Counted from the stretch's first letter, positions 1-9,729 are shown. The stretch: DNA of 44,844 nt from Sphingomonadales bacterium (GCA_038323755.1 JBBQHG010000001.1:1-44844), one strand, 5' to 3'. The notes: generated by a model from the letters alone, not told the origin. Translations and numbers: made by a program.

Positions 1-2
1 GG

Positions 3-401
3 CTGCTCGGCGCGCTCGGTGGCCTGTTCGGCTATCCCGAGCTGACCTTCCAGTGGATTTTGGGCTATATCCTTTCGCCCTTCATGCTGCTGCTCAATAT
101 CCCTGCCAACGAAGCGGCAGCCGCAGGCAGCCTGGTCGGCACCAAGGTTGTGCTCAACGAATTCGTTGCGTTCATCGATCTGGGGCAGATGAAGAACCTG
201 TCGGCGCGCACCACCGCCGTCGTCACCTTTGCGCTCTGCGGCTTTGCCAATTTCCTGTCGATCGCAATCCAGATCGCGGCGACGGGCAGCCTCGCGCCCA
301 ACCAGCGCCCGATGATCGCCAAGCTCGGCATCCGCGCGCTGGCGGCGGGAACGCTCGCCAATCTGATGAGCGCGGCGCTGGCGGGGATGCTGATCAGTTA
401 G
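3..401 (+). CDS. CNT/NupC-family nucleoside transporter, C-terminal part (5' truncated by window)
   Basis: Motifs GTKVVLNEFVAF, FALCGFANF and AGTLANLMSAALAG are typical of the CNT C-terminus. Confidence 0.9.
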   Translation: MLGALGGLFGYPELTFQWILGYILSPFMLLLNIPANEAAAAGSLVGTKVVLNEFVAFIDLGQMKNLSARTTAVVTFALCGFANFLSIAIQIAATGSLAPNQRPMIAKLGIRALAAGTLANLMSAALAGMLIS

Positions 402-435
402 CGCCGATAGCTAGACCTTGGGGGGGTAGGCACAG

Positions 436-1095
436 ATGAGCGGACCGGCAAATTACAACGACCAGCCGATGGCCACCCGCCACGGGCCCGAACACACGCT
501 GGAACGGCTGATCTTCTTTTCAGACGCGGTATTTGCCATCGCGATCACGCTGCTCGTCATCGAACTCCACGTGCCCGAGCTCGAACCCGGCGCGAGCAAT
601 GTGGATTTCATCAACGCGCTGCTCCGCCTGACGCCGAACTTCATCGGCTTCGTCGTCAGCTTCTACGTCATCGGCGCGTTCTGGGCCGGGCACCACCGCG
701 CCTTTGCCTGCGCTGCGCATTACAGCGACAAGCTGCTCCCGGCGAACATCAACCTGCTGCTGACGATCGCGGCGATGCCGTTCTTCACCGCCTTTCTCAG
801 CAGTTACAGCAACCAGCGCGTGCCCGTGGTGCTCTATTGCTGCTGGCTGCTGCTCACGGCGTTGCTCAACATCCGCATGGGCCGGCTGGCGACCTCGTCC
901 CCCGTGGTCGATCCTGCCGTCCCCGTCGCCACCATCGCCATGATCCGTCGGCGCGGCATCGCCACCGCGCTGGGCGCTGCCACCGCGATCATCGTCGGCC
1001 TGGTCTCGCCCTGGCCCATCCTCGCGCAGGTCTCGTTGATCGCCATTCCGCTCTGGCGGGTGATGCTCGGCTGGCTGGCGAAAAAAACCGCTTGA
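436..1095 (+). CDS. TMEM175-family (DUF1211) membrane protein / K+ channel
   Basis: ERLIFFSDAVFAIAITLLVIEL signature and several TM segments. Confidence 0.9.
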   Translation: MSGPANYNDQPMATRHGPEHTLERLIFFSDAVFAIAITLLVIELHVPELEPGASNVDFINALLRLTPNFIGFVVSFYVIGAFWAGHHRAFACAAHYSDKLLPANINLLLTIAAMPFFTAFLSSYSNQRVPVVLYCCWLLLTALLNIRMGRLATSSPVVDPAVPVATIAMIRRRGIATALGAATAIIVGLVSPWPILAQVSLIAIPLWRVMLGWLAKKTA

Positions 1096-1122
1096 AGTTG
1101 ACGCTGCGTCAACCGCTACAAG
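1092..1122 (+). promoter_or_regulatory. MerR-type promoter with operator dyad
   Basis: TTGAAG (1092-1097), 19-bp spacer, TACAAG (1117-1122); perfect dyad GTTGACGC-T-GCGTCAAC at 1097-1113. Confidence 0.8.
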
Positions 1123-1128
1123 CGGGTC

Positions 1129-1929
1129 ATGACGCAGATCCTCGACATTGCAGACGTTGCCCGCAGTACCGGGCTGTCCGCCCGCGCGCTGCGTTTTTAC
1201 GAGGCGCGCGGGCTGGTCAAACCCTTGCGCACCGGGTCGGGCCGGCGCTGCTATGGGCCGGGTGAGCTTGAGCGGCTGCACCAGCTGGTCGCGCTCAAGC
1301 GGGCCGGTCTCAGCCTCCAGCAGATCAAGGCCTTGTTCGACAAGAAGCCCATCGACCTGCGCCAGCTGGTCGCGCTGCAACTCGACACGCTGAACGATCA
1401 GGCCCGCGCACTCACCGAAGCGCGCACGATCCTGCGCACCACCTTGTCCCGAATCGATCGCGGCGAGCCGATCGATGCCGCGACCTTCTGCTCGCTGATC
1501 AGGACAGGAGACGTGATGATGACCGACGAGCGGGAAAAATGGCAGGCGGTGACTGACCGCTTCATGAGCGACGAGGCCAAGGCCGATTTTGCACAGCGGC
1601 TGCCCGAGATGGGCGATGCCTTCAGTGCCGAGGCGGCGGCGGCGAACTGGAAAGACCTGGGCAGCCGGATCAAGGCGGCAATGCCGATGGACCCGGCCAG
1701 TGCCGAGGCGCGTGGCTTCGCGCGCGAATGGATGGCGCTGCTCGCGCCCTTTGCCAAAATTGCGACCCCAGCCATGTGGCAGGGCTCGCAGCAGATGTAC
1801 GCCAATATCGACAAGTGGGAGGGTGAGGCCGATCCCGGCTTCGACGCGGCGACCTTCCACTTCATCCAGCAGGCGGTCACGGCGGCCAAAGCCGATGGCG
1901 AGGATCTGGCGCCAAAAATCGGCGGATAG
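1129..1929 (+). CDS. MerR-family transcriptional regulator (TipA-like C-terminus)
   Basis: IADVARSTGLSARALRFYEARGLVKP...RRCY HTH, coiled coil, helical effector domain. Confidence 0.9.
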   Translation: MTQILDIADVARSTGLSARALRFYEARGLVKPLRTGSGRRCYGPGELERLHQLVALKRAGLSLQQIKALFDKKPIDLRQLVALQLDTLNDQARALTEARTILRTTLSRIDRGEPIDAATFCSLIRTGDVMMTDEREKWQAVTDRFMSDEAKADFAQRLPEMGDAFSAEAAAANWKDLGSRIKAAMPMDPASAEARGFAREWMALLAPFAKIATPAMWQGSQQMYANIDKWEGEADPGFDAATFHFIQQAVTAAKADGEDLAPKIGG

Positions 1930-1938
1930 GCAAAGCTG

Positions 1939-1973
1939 GCGGCGATTGCGGGCCGCTTGCCCGCGATCGCCGC
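1939..1973 (+). terminator. 15-bp GC-rich hairpin after the MerR gene
   Basis: GCGGCGATTGCGGGC-CGCTT-GCCCGCGATCGCCGC; weak U-tail. Confidence 0.45.
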
Positions 1974-2033
1974 TTCCCGCATCGACGGGGCAGCTTGGGC
2001 AGGCCGGGCACCAGGCTTTCAAGAGGCGGACCA

Positions 2034-2480
2034 ATGACGACATTCACCTTCACCAAGGGCCCGGGCAAGGTCGACTGGCTCGATGTGGTCCGCGCCGATG
2101 GCACAACCGAGCGGATCGATTGCCCCAAGCAACGCATCATTCCGCACGACATGGTCCATTATGTGGTGGAGAGCGAAATCGGCGCCCGGGGCTTTATCAG
2201 CCGTGTCTGCGAAGGCGAGGCCGCATCCTTCGCGATGATCGGCGATGCCGAGAGCGATGGCGTCGAACGTCTGGTCGAAATGGTCCAGGCCGAAGCATGG
2301 TCAGGCGGCAGTGACGATGCGGCCTTCATCGATCTGTACCGCGTCACATGCGATGCGCGCGATTGCGCGCCCTTGCCGGTCGACGCGGCATTGGTCTGCG
2401 CCATCCGGGCGCGGGTGGCGGCGTGTCAGGCGGCATGGGACGCGCTGCCCGTCGGTGGCGCGTTGACGCTCGACCACTAA
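2034..2480 (+). CDS. Conserved hypothetical protein
   Basis: AGAGG RBS then ATG at 2034; IPHDMVHYVVES resembles a His/Glu metal motif. Confidence 0.7.
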   Translation: MTTFTFTKGPGKVDWLDVVRADGTTERIDCPKQRIIPHDMVHYVVESEIGARGFISRVCEGEAASFAMIGDAESDGVERLVEMVQAEAWSGGSDDAAFIDLYRVTCDARDCAPLPVDAALVCAIRARVAACQAAWDALPVGGALTLDH

Positions 2481-2491
2481 AGCATCGCCGC

Positions 2492-3361
2492 TCAGCGCGT
2501 CGGCACTGGCTCGGCACCCGAATAATCATAAAAGCCGCGCTTCACCTTGCGGCCATACCAGCCGGCTTCGACATATTTCACCAGCAGCGGCGCGGGCCGG
2601 AATTTCGGATCGCCCGTGCCTTCGAACAGCACCCGCGTAATCTCCAGACACGTATCGAGCCCGATAAAATCGGCAAGCGTCAGCGGCCCCATCGGGTGGT
2701 TGAGCCCCAGCATGCACGCGGTGTCGATGTCCTGCATCGTCGCCACGCCTTCGCCCAGCGCAAAACATGCCTCGTTGATCATCGGCATCAGCACGCGGTT
2801 GACGATGAAGCCCGGCGCGTCATTGGCGTGGACGATTGTTTTGCCCAACGATTGCCCGAATGCCTCGACGCTGGCGACCGTCGCATCGCTGGTGGCAAGA
2901 CCGCGGATCAGTTCGATCAACCCCATCACCGGCACGGGATTGAAGAAATGCACGCCCATGAAACGCGCCGGATCAGGCGAAGCCTGGGCAAGGCGTGTAA
3001 TCGGGATCGACGAGGTGTTGGACGCCAGGATCGCCTCGGCGCCCAGCACCTTGCCGACCGTGCCGAAAATCGCGCGCTTGATTTCCTCGCGCTCGGTCGC
3101 GGCCTCAATCACCAGCCCGCACGGCGCCATCGCCTCGACACCTGCGACGGGCTCGATCAGCGCGAGCGCTGCATCGCGCGCCTCGGCTGCAATCTTTTCC
3201 TTGGTCACCAATCGGTCGAGCGCCTTGGCGATGCCTGCCTTGCCCGCCTCGGCACGCGCGACATCGACATCGGACAGCAGCACATGATAGCCCGCCTGTG
3301 CCGATACCTGCGCGATCCCTGCGCCCATCTGCCCTGCCCCGATTACGCCGATCGTCTTCAT
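2492..3361 (-). CDS. hbd: 3-hydroxybutyryl-CoA dehydrogenase
   Basis: GVIGAGQMG Rossmann motif, ASNTSS, HFFNP, PGFIVNR, HPMGPL. Confidence 0.93.
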   Translation of the reverse strand: MKTIGVIGAGQMGAGIAQVSAQAGYHVLLSDVDVARAEAGKAGIAKALDRLVTKEKIAAEARDAALALIEPVAGVEAMAPCGLVIEAATEREEIKRAIFGTVGKVLGAEAILASNTSSIPITRLAQASPDPARFMGVHFFNPVPVMGLIELIRGLATSDATVASVEAFGQSLGKTIVHANDAPGFIVNRVLMPMINEACFALGEGVATMQDIDTACMLGLNHPMGPLTLADFIGLDTCLEITRVLFEGTGDPKFRPAPLLVKYVEAGWYGRKVKRGFYDYSGAEPVPTR

Positions 3362-3487
3362 GGTTTTTCCCGTCGCCCGTTCGCGCGCTGCTTGCCCTCG
3401 CCGCGCCCCGACAGCAACCCCCATCGAACATCGCTTGCCCGTCCACACGCCGCGGCTTTATGCCTAGGTTGGATAGCGGAGAGCGAC

Positions 3488-3883
3488 ATGAACATCGACT
3501 TGGGCACCAGCGATGCCAGCGCGCAGATCGACGCCAGGCTCGCAAAACTGCGCGACTGGCGCGGCGAGATGTTGGCCCGGCTCCGCGACATCATCCGGCG
3601 CGCCGCCCCCGGCATTGTCGAGGAGGTCAAATGGCGCAAACCCAGCAATCCTGACGGCGTCCCCGTCTGGTCGCTCAACGGCATCATCTGCACCGGTGAA
3701 ATCTACAAGGACAAGGTCAAGCTCACCTTTGCCAAGGGCGCTGCGATCGATGACCCGTCAGAGCTGTTCAATTCAAGCCTTGATGGCAATACGCGCCGGG
3801 CGATCGATGTTCTCGCAGGTGATGTCATTGACGAGGCGGCATTGACCGCCCTGGTGCAGGCAGCCGCAGCGCTCAACGGCTGA
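3488..3883 (+). CDS. DUF1801 domain protein
   Basis: DWRGEMLARLR...EEVKWRKP...VKLTFAKGA...LFNSSLDGNTRRAID; GGAGAG RBS. Confidence 0.88.
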   Translation: MNIDLGTSDASAQIDARLAKLRDWRGEMLARLRDIIRRAAPGIVEEVKWRKPSNPDGVPVWSLNGIICTGEIYKDKVKLTFAKGAAIDDPSELFNSSLDGNTRRAIDVLAGDVIDEAALTALVQAAAALNG

Positions 3884-3925
3884 ACCCGGCGCGACTAGGG
3901 GGTTTGTGATCGAACAAGCCCATCC

Positions 3926-4007
3926 GTCGCCCCGGACTTGAGCCGGGAGGCCAGTTTTTTTCCCTCAGTCGAAAAGAAGCGGGACCCCGAGTCCAGCCCG
4001 GGGCGAC
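3926..4007. repeat. REP-like inverted-repeat pair
   Basis: GTCGCCCCGGACTTGAGCCGGG ... CCCCGAGTCCAGCCCGGGGCGAC between convergent genes; same family as the REP interrupted at 10374/12085. Confidence 0.75.
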
Positions 4008-4041
4008 AGAAAACGGTGGGTCGGTATGAATTTAAGCGACG

Positions 4042-5019
4042 CTAAGGCGCCGTCCGCGGCGCCTGCGCCTCCGCCAGGATCAGCGCGAAGCGGTCTTCGG
4101 CATCGGTCCATTCCGCAATCGGCGTCCAGCCCCCGGCGCGCAGCAATATCCGGGCATCGCGCGCGCCATATTTATGGCTGTTCTCGGTGTGGATCGTCTC
4201 GCCCGCCGCCATCGCAAAGGGGCGGCCCTCGATCGTGAAGGCAACATCCTGCGTCACCTCCAGATGCATCTCGATCCGTGCGCGCATGTCGTTCCAGATC
4301 GCACGGTGGCGGAAGGCGTCCACCGGAATCGTCGCATCAAGCTCGCGGTTGATCCGCTCCAGCAGGTTCAGGTTGAACGCTGCCGTCACGCCTTGCGCAT
4401 CGTCATAGGCGGGGACGAGGATCTCCTCGCCCTTCAGCCGGTCCATGCCAATCAGCAGCAGCGCACTGGTCCCCAGCCACATCCGCATCGCCCGCAGCAG
4501 GTCAACCGCTGAGGACGGGATCATGTTGCCGATCGTGGAGCCCGGGAAGAACCCCAGCTTGGGCAACCCCGCCACCGCCGCTGGCAGCGCAATCGGCCGC
4601 ATGAAATCGGCCTCGATCGGGTGCACGGGCAGACCGGGAAACGCCTGCGACAAGGCGGCCGAGGATTCGCGCAGAAAATCGCCCGAGATGTCGATTGGCA
4701 CATAGGCGGCGGGCGCAATCGCGCGTAGCAGCAGCGGGGTCTTGGCCGATGAGCCCGATCCGAACTCGACCACCGCATGCCCGGCACCAATGCGCTCGGC
4801 AATCGCCGCGCCATTGTCTTGCAAAATGCCCGCCTCGACTCGCGTGGGATAATATTCGGGCAGGTCGGTGATCTGCTCGAACAATTCGGAGCCGCGCCGG
4901 TCATAAAACCACCGCGCCGGAATCGCGCGCGGGCGCGCCTCGAACCCGTTCAGCACATCCGCCCGGAATGCCGGGTCGGCCAGGCTGGCATCGCCATCTT
5001 CGATTTCACGCTTCAACAC
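4042..5019 (-). CDS. egtD: L-histidine N-alpha-methyltransferase (ergothioneine biosynthesis)
   Basis: WFYD..GSELFEQITDLPEYYPTR, EFGSGSS, GSTIGN, AYDD..GVTAAFN, HTENSHKY; GTG start inferred. Confidence 0.93.
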   Translation of the reverse strand: MLKREIEDGDASLADPAFRADVLNGFEARPRAIPARWFYDRRGSELFEQITDLPEYYPTRVEAGILQDNGAAIAERIGAGHAVVEFGSGSSAKTPLLLRAIAPAAYVPIDISGDFLRESSAALSQAFPGLPVHPIEADFMRPIALPAAVAGLPKLGFFPGSTIGNMIPSSAVDLLRAMRMWLGTSALLLIGMDRLKGEEILVPAYDDAQGVTAAFNLNLLERINRELDATIPVDAFRHRAIWNDMRARIEMHLEVTQDVAFTIEGRPFAMAAGETIHTENSHKYGARDARILLRAGGWTPIAEWTDAEDRFALILAEAQAPRTAP

Positions 5020-5021
5020 GC

Positions 5022-6293
5022 CTACAGATCCTTTGCCAGACGCACGCCGGTGAACTGCCAGCGCTGGTGGGGATAGAAGAAGTTGCGATAGCTTGGCCGC
5101 ACATGGCCGCGCGGCGTGGCGCAGGATCCGCCCCGCAAAATGCACTGCCCGCTCATGAACTTGCCATTATATTCGCCGACCGCTCCGTCGACCGCGCGAA
5201 ACCCCGGATAGGGGCGGAACGCGCTGCCGGTCCATTCCCAGACATCGCCGTACCAGGCCGGGCCAGCGGTCGATGGCCTCGGCTCAACAGGACCTGCCCG
5301 ATCGAGCAGATTGCCGCTTTCGCAATCTTGCCATTGTGCCGCTGTTTCCCACTCCGCCTCGGTCGGCAGCCGCGCCCCGGCCCAGCTGGCATAGGCGTCG
5401 GCTTCGTAAAAGCTCACATGCGTAACAGGGGCGGCTGGATCAATCGCGCGCCGCCCGTCGAGCCCGAAGCGCGTCCAGCCGCCATCGCGCTCTTCCCAAT
5501 AGAGTGGCGCGGTGATCGCTTGCGCCTTCACCCAGGCCCAGCCATCCGACAGCCAGTGGCGCGGGTCACGGTAGCCGCCTTCGGCGATAAACGCCGCCCA
5601 TTCGCCATTGGTCACCGTCCGGTCGGCAATCGCATGCGGCGCCAGCAAAATGTCATGGCGCGGCCCTTCGGCATCGAAGGCGAAGCCATCGCCATCATGG
5701 CCGATCTGCGCAATCCCACCGGGATGCGCGGTCCAGCCGATCGGCCCGGGCATCTCGACCGGCACCTTGCGCGCGGCTGGCCAGATCGCCGGTTCGGTCG
5801 GGTTCTGCGCGAACAGGTGCAGCATGTCGGTGATCAGCAATTCCTGGTGCTGCTCTTCATGGTGGCACCCCAGCGCCACCAGCTCGAGCGCGGCGACCGG
5901 CAAATCGGGCAGCGCGGCGAGCAATGCGGCGTCCACCGCCGCGCGGTAACCCAGCACCTCATCCAGCGTCGGCCGCGTGATCATCCCCCGCCGCCCGCGC
6001 GCATGCCGTGCGCCTTCGGCCTCGTAATAGCTGTTGAACAGAAACGGGAAGCGTTCGTCGTGCAGCACATAACCGGGCACGCAATCACGCAGGATGAAGG
6101 TCTCGAAAAACCAGGTCGTGTGCGCCAGATGCCATTTGGCAGGCGAGGCATCGTCCATCGATTGCACGCTGGCATCGGCATCGGAAAGCGGCGCGACGAG
6201 ATCGACTGTCAGCCCGCGCACCGCCGCATAACGCCTGGTCAAGTACGACGGATCGGCAAAGGGCGCTGGTCTTGTTTGCATCCCGGTTTGCAT
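5022..6293 (-). CDS. egtB: Ergothioneine biosynthesis sulfoxide synthase
   Basis: DASPAKWHLAHTTWFFE, HEEQHQEL, FGE-sulfatase C-terminal domain, EYNGKFM. Confidence 0.93.
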   Translation of the reverse strand: MQTGMQTRPAPFADPSYLTRRYAAVRGLTVDLVAPLSDADASVQSMDDASPAKWHLAHTTWFFETFILRDCVPGYVLHDERFPFLFNSYYEAEGARHARGRRGMITRPTLDEVLGYRAAVDAALLAALPDLPVAALELVALGCHHEEQHQELLITDMLHLFAQNPTEPAIWPAARKVPVEMPGPIGWTAHPGGIAQIGHDGDGFAFDAEGPRHDILLAPHAIADRTVTNGEWAAFIAEGGYRDPRHWLSDGWAWVKAQAITAPLYWEERDGGWTRFGLDGRRAIDPAAPVTHVSFYEADAYASWAGARLPTEAEWETAAQWQDCESGNLLDRAGPVEPRPSTAGPAWYGDVWEWTGSAFRPYPGFRAVDGAVGEYNGKFMSGQCILRGGSCATPRGHVRPSYRNFFYPHQRWQFTGVRLAKDL

Positions 6294-6333
6294 CGTCGTC
6301 CCCTGTTCCGGCCCCATAACTGGGCTTGCCCGG

Positions 6334-6903
6334 TCAGCGAGACGCGCCGGGTACCCACAAAATGTCGCCAACCGCCTGTTTGTTCACGAAACGCGCGCAA
6401 ACGAACAAATAATCCGACAGACGATTAAGATAGGCGACCGCTTCCGGATTCAAAGGCACGTGCGCGCGGGCGGCGACCGCAGCGCGCTCGGCGCGACGAG
6501 TGATGGCCCTGGCAAGGTGAAGCGAGGCCGCCGCCATTGTCCCGCCGGGCAGGATAAAGCTGTTGAGCGGCGACAGATCGCCGTTCATTGCATCGATCTC
6601 GCGCTCCAGCCGCGCCACCTGCGCCGGCACGATCCGCAGCACCATGTCGGAAGGGGCAAAATCCTCGCCCGGCGTGGCCAAATCGGCGCCCAGATCGAAC
6701 AGGTCGTTCTGGATCCGCGTCAGCGCGGTCGCAACGGGGCCGTCGCCCAGCGCGGCAATCGCCACGCCCAGCGCACTGTTCGCCTCGTCGACATCGCCGA
6801 TCGCGGTCAGCCGCGCATCGGTCTTCGCCACGCGCGATCCGTCGACCAGGCCGGTCGTGCCGTCATCGCCGGTGCGAGTGTAAATTTTGTTGAGCTTGAC
6901 CAT
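6334..6903 (-). CDS. ATP:cob(I)alamin adenosyltransferase, PduO type
   Basis: KIYTRTGDDGTT, GDVDEANS, FILPGG, RRAER, YLNRLSDYLF. Confidence 0.93.
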   Translation of the reverse strand: MVKLNKIYTRTGDDGTTGLVDGSRVAKTDARLTAIGDVDEANSALGVAIAALGDGPVATALTRIQNDLFDLGADLATPGEDFAPSDMVLRIVPAQVARLEREIDAMNGDLSPLNSFILPGGTMAAASLHLARAITRRAERAAVAARAHVPLNPEAVAYLNRLSDYLFVCARFVNKQAVGDILWVPGASR

Positions 6904-6922
6904 CGCCGCGCTCGCTCCCTTT

Positions 6923-7150
6923 TCAGGTGCGGCCAGTCACGAACAGGATGGCCACCACAATCAAAATCGCCAGCGCCTGAAAGAAGATGCGCTGCTGCAT
7001 CATTTTGTTGGATTTGGTGCTCGCCACGCTGGGGCCAGTCCCTTTCAGGTCGGCCTCGGTCGCCTGCAGGAAGGAAACGATGCCGCGGATCAGCGCAACC
7101 AGGGTTGCGATCATCGCAGCGACGAGCAGGATAGCGAGGAAAATTGTCAT
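6923..7150 (-). CDS. Twin-transmembrane-helix small protein (HIG1-like)
   Basis: Two TM helices flanking SNKMMQQRIFFQ; usual position upstream of the adenosyltransferase. Confidence 0.85.
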   Translation of the reverse strand: MTIFLAILLVAAMIATLVALIRGIVSFLQATEADLKGTGPSVASTKSNKMMQQRIFFQALAILIVVAILFVTGRT

Positions 7151-7159
7151 AACGCCTAT

Positions 7160-8026
7160 CTAACCATTCGCAGCGCCGCTGCCAATGGGCAGTTGGCCCC
7201 CGATTGCTCCGGCCCGCAGCCCCGCCGCCACCGCCAGCCCGTCCGCGCCCGCCATCCGCATTGCCGCCAGCGTCGGCGCCCCGTCGCGCTTGGCGAGCCG
7301 CTTGCCGTCTGCCCCGGTCATCAGCGCGTGGTGGTGATAGACCGGCGTCGCCAGACCAAGCAGGGATTGCAGCAGACGGTGGACATGCGTCGCCGCGAAC
7401 AGATCCGCGCCCCGCACCACATGCGTCACGCCCTGCGCTGCATCGTCCACCGTCACCGCCAGATGGTAGCTCGCCGGCGCATCCTTGCGCGCGAGCACGA
7501 CATCGCCATGCGCCAGCGGATCAGCGACGACATCGCCTGCGAGTTCATCGCGCCAGCCAAGCGGCCCGGCGATCGCCACCGCCCGCGCCATATCGATCCG
7601 CCACGCATGCGCCTCGCCCGCCCGCCGCCGCACGCGCGTCGCTTGGTCCAGCCCCCGGCACGTCCCCGGATAGACGATGCCGTCCGCCCCATGCGGCGCG
7701 CTCAGACTCGCCGCGATATCGGCGCGCGTACAAAAGCACGGATAAAGCAGCCCCATGTTCCGCAACCGATCAAGCCCCGCCTGATAGAGCTCCAGCCGCT
7801 CGGACTGATGCACCACCGGCCCGTCCCAGCTGAGCCCCAGCCACCGCAGATCCTCGACAATGCCCGCCACATGTTCAAGGCGGCTGCGCGTCCCGTCGAT
7901 ATCCTCGATCCGCAGCAGGAACCGCCCGCCCGCCGCGCGCGCGCGGTCATGCGCCAGGATTGCAGAGGCAGCGTGGCCCAGATGCAACGCCCCTGTCGGG
8001 CTCGGCGCAAATCGCGTGACAATCAC
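7160..8026 (-). CDS. gluQ: tRNA glutamyl-Q(34) synthetase
   Basis: TRFAPSPTGALHLGH, RIEDID, YPCFCTR, RLAKRDG; short GluRS paralogue without an anticodon domain. Confidence 0.9.
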   Translation of the reverse strand: MIVTRFAPSPTGALHLGHAASAILAHDRARAAGGRFLLRIEDIDGTRSRLEHVAGIVEDLRWLGLSWDGPVVHQSERLELYQAGLDRLRNMGLLYPCFCTRADIAASLSAPHGADGIVYPGTCRGLDQATRVRRRAGEAHAWRIDMARAVAIAGPLGWRDELAGDVVADPLAHGDVVLARKDAPASYHLAVTVDDAAQGVTHVVRGADLFAATHVHRLLQSLLGLATPVYHHHALMTGADGKRLAKRDGAPTLAAMRMAGADGLAVAAGLRAGAIGGQLPIGSGAANG

Positions 8027-8131
8027 TTTTCCGGCTCTTGACCGCGAGTCGCGCGAAATGTCATCATGCCGTCATCCTAGTCGTCGAAAGGCGGTTCGGA
8101 AAAGGCGTTAGGGCCAAGGCTGGGAGGTGAC

Positions 8132-8715
8132 ATGTATCATCCCGATCTGATCCGGCACCCGGATATGGTCCGGCACCCCGATGGCTGTCCCGCGCTCGTC
8201 CTGAACGCGGACTATACCCCGCTCAGCTATTATCCGTTGAGCGTCTGGCCCTGGCAGACCGCGGTCAAGGCGGTGTTCCTCGACCGGGTCGATATCGTCG
8301 CCAATTATGAGCGAGAGGTCCGAAGTCCCACCGCGAGGCTGAAGCTGCCTTCAGTCATCGCGCTCAAGCAGTTCGTCAGACCCTCGCAATTCCCCGCCTT
8401 CACCCGCTTCAACCTCTTCCTCCGCGACAAATTCACCTGCCAATATTGCGGTGCCGGTCGCGATCTCACCTTCGATCACGTCATTCCCCGGGCGCAAAAG
8501 GGCCGCACCACCTGGGAAATGTCGTCACCGCCTGCGCCCCCTGCAACCTGAAGAAGGGCGGCCGCACCCCCAAACAGGCGCACATGCCGCTCCACGTCGC
8601 GCCAATCCGCCCGACGAGCTGGCACCTGCAGGAACATGGCCGCCGCTTCCCGCCCAATTATCTGCACGAAACCTGGCACGACTGGCTCTATTGGGATGTC
8701 GAGCTCGAGGCGTAA
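8132..8715 (+). pseudogene. HNH endonuclease with one frameshift near 8517-8519 (pseudogene or sequencing error)
   Basis: First frame ends CQYCG...TFDHVIPRAQKGRTTWE; the second frame continues NVVTACAPCNLKKG; adding one A restores TGG GAA AAT. Confidence 0.85.
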
Positions 8716-8758
8716 GCCCGCCTGCCCCGGTTGATCCTCAGCATGCGGTGCCCGGCGT

Positions 8759-8837
8759 CACCCGTTCGCTGGCCGCACCGCCACCCGTTCGTAAGCCGCC
8801 CTGCCGCCCGTTCGTGGGCCACACCGCCACCCGTTCG
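8759..8837 (+). repeat. 23-bp degenerate tandem repeat (about 3.4 copies)
   Basis: C(A/G)CCCGTTCG recurs at 8759, 8782, 8805 and 8828. Confidence 0.8.
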
Positions 8838-8909
8838 TTTCGAGCGAGGTCGAGAAACAGGCCACAAAAAGCTGCGCAGCGTATCGCAGCTTCGCCCGAG
8901 ACGAACCGG
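8831..8909. repeat. Degenerate REP-like element (second family)
   Basis: CCGTTCGTTTCGAGCGAGGTCGAGAAAC pairs imperfectly with GTATCGCAGCTTCGCCCGAGACGAACCGG. Confidence 0.6.
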
Positions 8910-8939
8910 CGTGGTCGTTGATTGAACGCAACGCGCTGT

Positions 8940-9230
8940 TCACGCCGTCCGCAGCCGCGCGACCATGTCGTTCCTGATCTCGTCATTCTTGTCGCGGATC
9001 ATGCCCGGAATCAGGAACGCATCGACCAGCACCCAGAAAAAGCCGATCACGATGAAATAGGACAGGATCTGCAGCACCGCAGATACCGGCCGCCCCAGAT
9101 AAAATCGGTGCGCGCTTACCCACCACAGGAACAGCCAGAGCAGATAGGCAACCGCCGTGCTCGGCCCGTCATTGGCAACGCGCTGTTCGACCAGCGACAA
9201 TTCGGCAGTGGTCAGGGCCATGATCGGCAT
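8940..9230 (-). CDS. TM2 domain membrane protein
   Basis: STAVAYLLWLFLWWVSAHRFYLGR...DAFLIP. Confidence 0.88.
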   Translation of the reverse strand: MPIMALTTAELSLVEQRVANDGPSTAVAYLLWLFLWWVSAHRFYLGRPVSAVLQILSYFIVIGFFWVLVDAFLIPGMIRDKNDEIRNDMVARLRTA

Positions 9231-9398
9231 ATCCTTCAACCGGGCTGCGCGCACCATCGCGCGCCATCCCCGTCACCGCTGATTATATCGCCCCCGACAG
9301 CCCCCGTCATCCAAGATCGGCGATCGAGCATCGCCCGGGGATCGGCTGCGGGAACCAGCAGCGCCTTCGTGCGCTATGCTCCTGATCTGGAGCCATAT

Positions 9399-9656
9399 AT
9401 GTCCTTTCAACAGCTAGACCCGACCATCCCTGTCACCGTGCTTGATAAAGGGCCCGGCTTTGCCTTTGCCGTCATCGATTACGGCCAGGAACATAACCTC
9501 ATCTGGGTCACGGCAATCAACGAAACCGGCGAAATCTGGTGCGCGCCCAACCCGCAGGTCCGCCTCCAGGGCAACTGGACCATGGGCCGCGCCCGCCCGC
9601 CTGCCGCCGGTGCCGACGCCCCCAAGGGCAGCGACGCCTGCACGACGCCAGCCTGA
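9399..9656 (+). CDS. Conserved hypothetical protein
   Basis: GGAG RBS; QLDPTIP...AVIDYGQEHNLIWVTAINETGEIWCAPNPQVRLQGNWTMGR looks globular. Confidence 0.75.
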   Translation: MSFQQLDPTIPVTVLDKGPGFAFAVIDYGQEHNLIWVTAINETGEIWCAPNPQVRLQGNWTMGRARPPAAGADAPKGSDACTTPA

Positions 9657-9729
9657 CGCCCGCCCCCTGCCGCCGTGCGACGCTTCCGCACCGCGACCGC
9701 GCGCGCCCAACACCCATCCGCACCGCCGC

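Noticed and set aside
520-2043. 507-aa minus-strand ORF and similar long ORFs (4968-6428, 6887-8041, 11180-12238, 39730-41196)
   Set aside because: Antisense shadows of recognisable genes in GC-rich DNA, with no domain signatures
2348-3487. Large N-terminal extension on the DUF1801 protein (511-aa ORF)
   Set aside because: The extension is antisense to the dehydrogenase gene; an RBS supports the start at 3488
4042-6293. egtB-egtD without egtA/C/E as a novel pathway
   Set aside because: The two-gene egtBD arrangement is common in Proteobacteria
8510-8525. Programmed -1 frameshift in the HNH gene
   Set aside because: GGGAAAT is not in the X XXY YYZ phase of the reading frame; a simple indel explains it better
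8759-8837. CRISPR-like array
   Set aside because: The period is only 23 bp, the intervening segments resemble each other, and no cas genes are present
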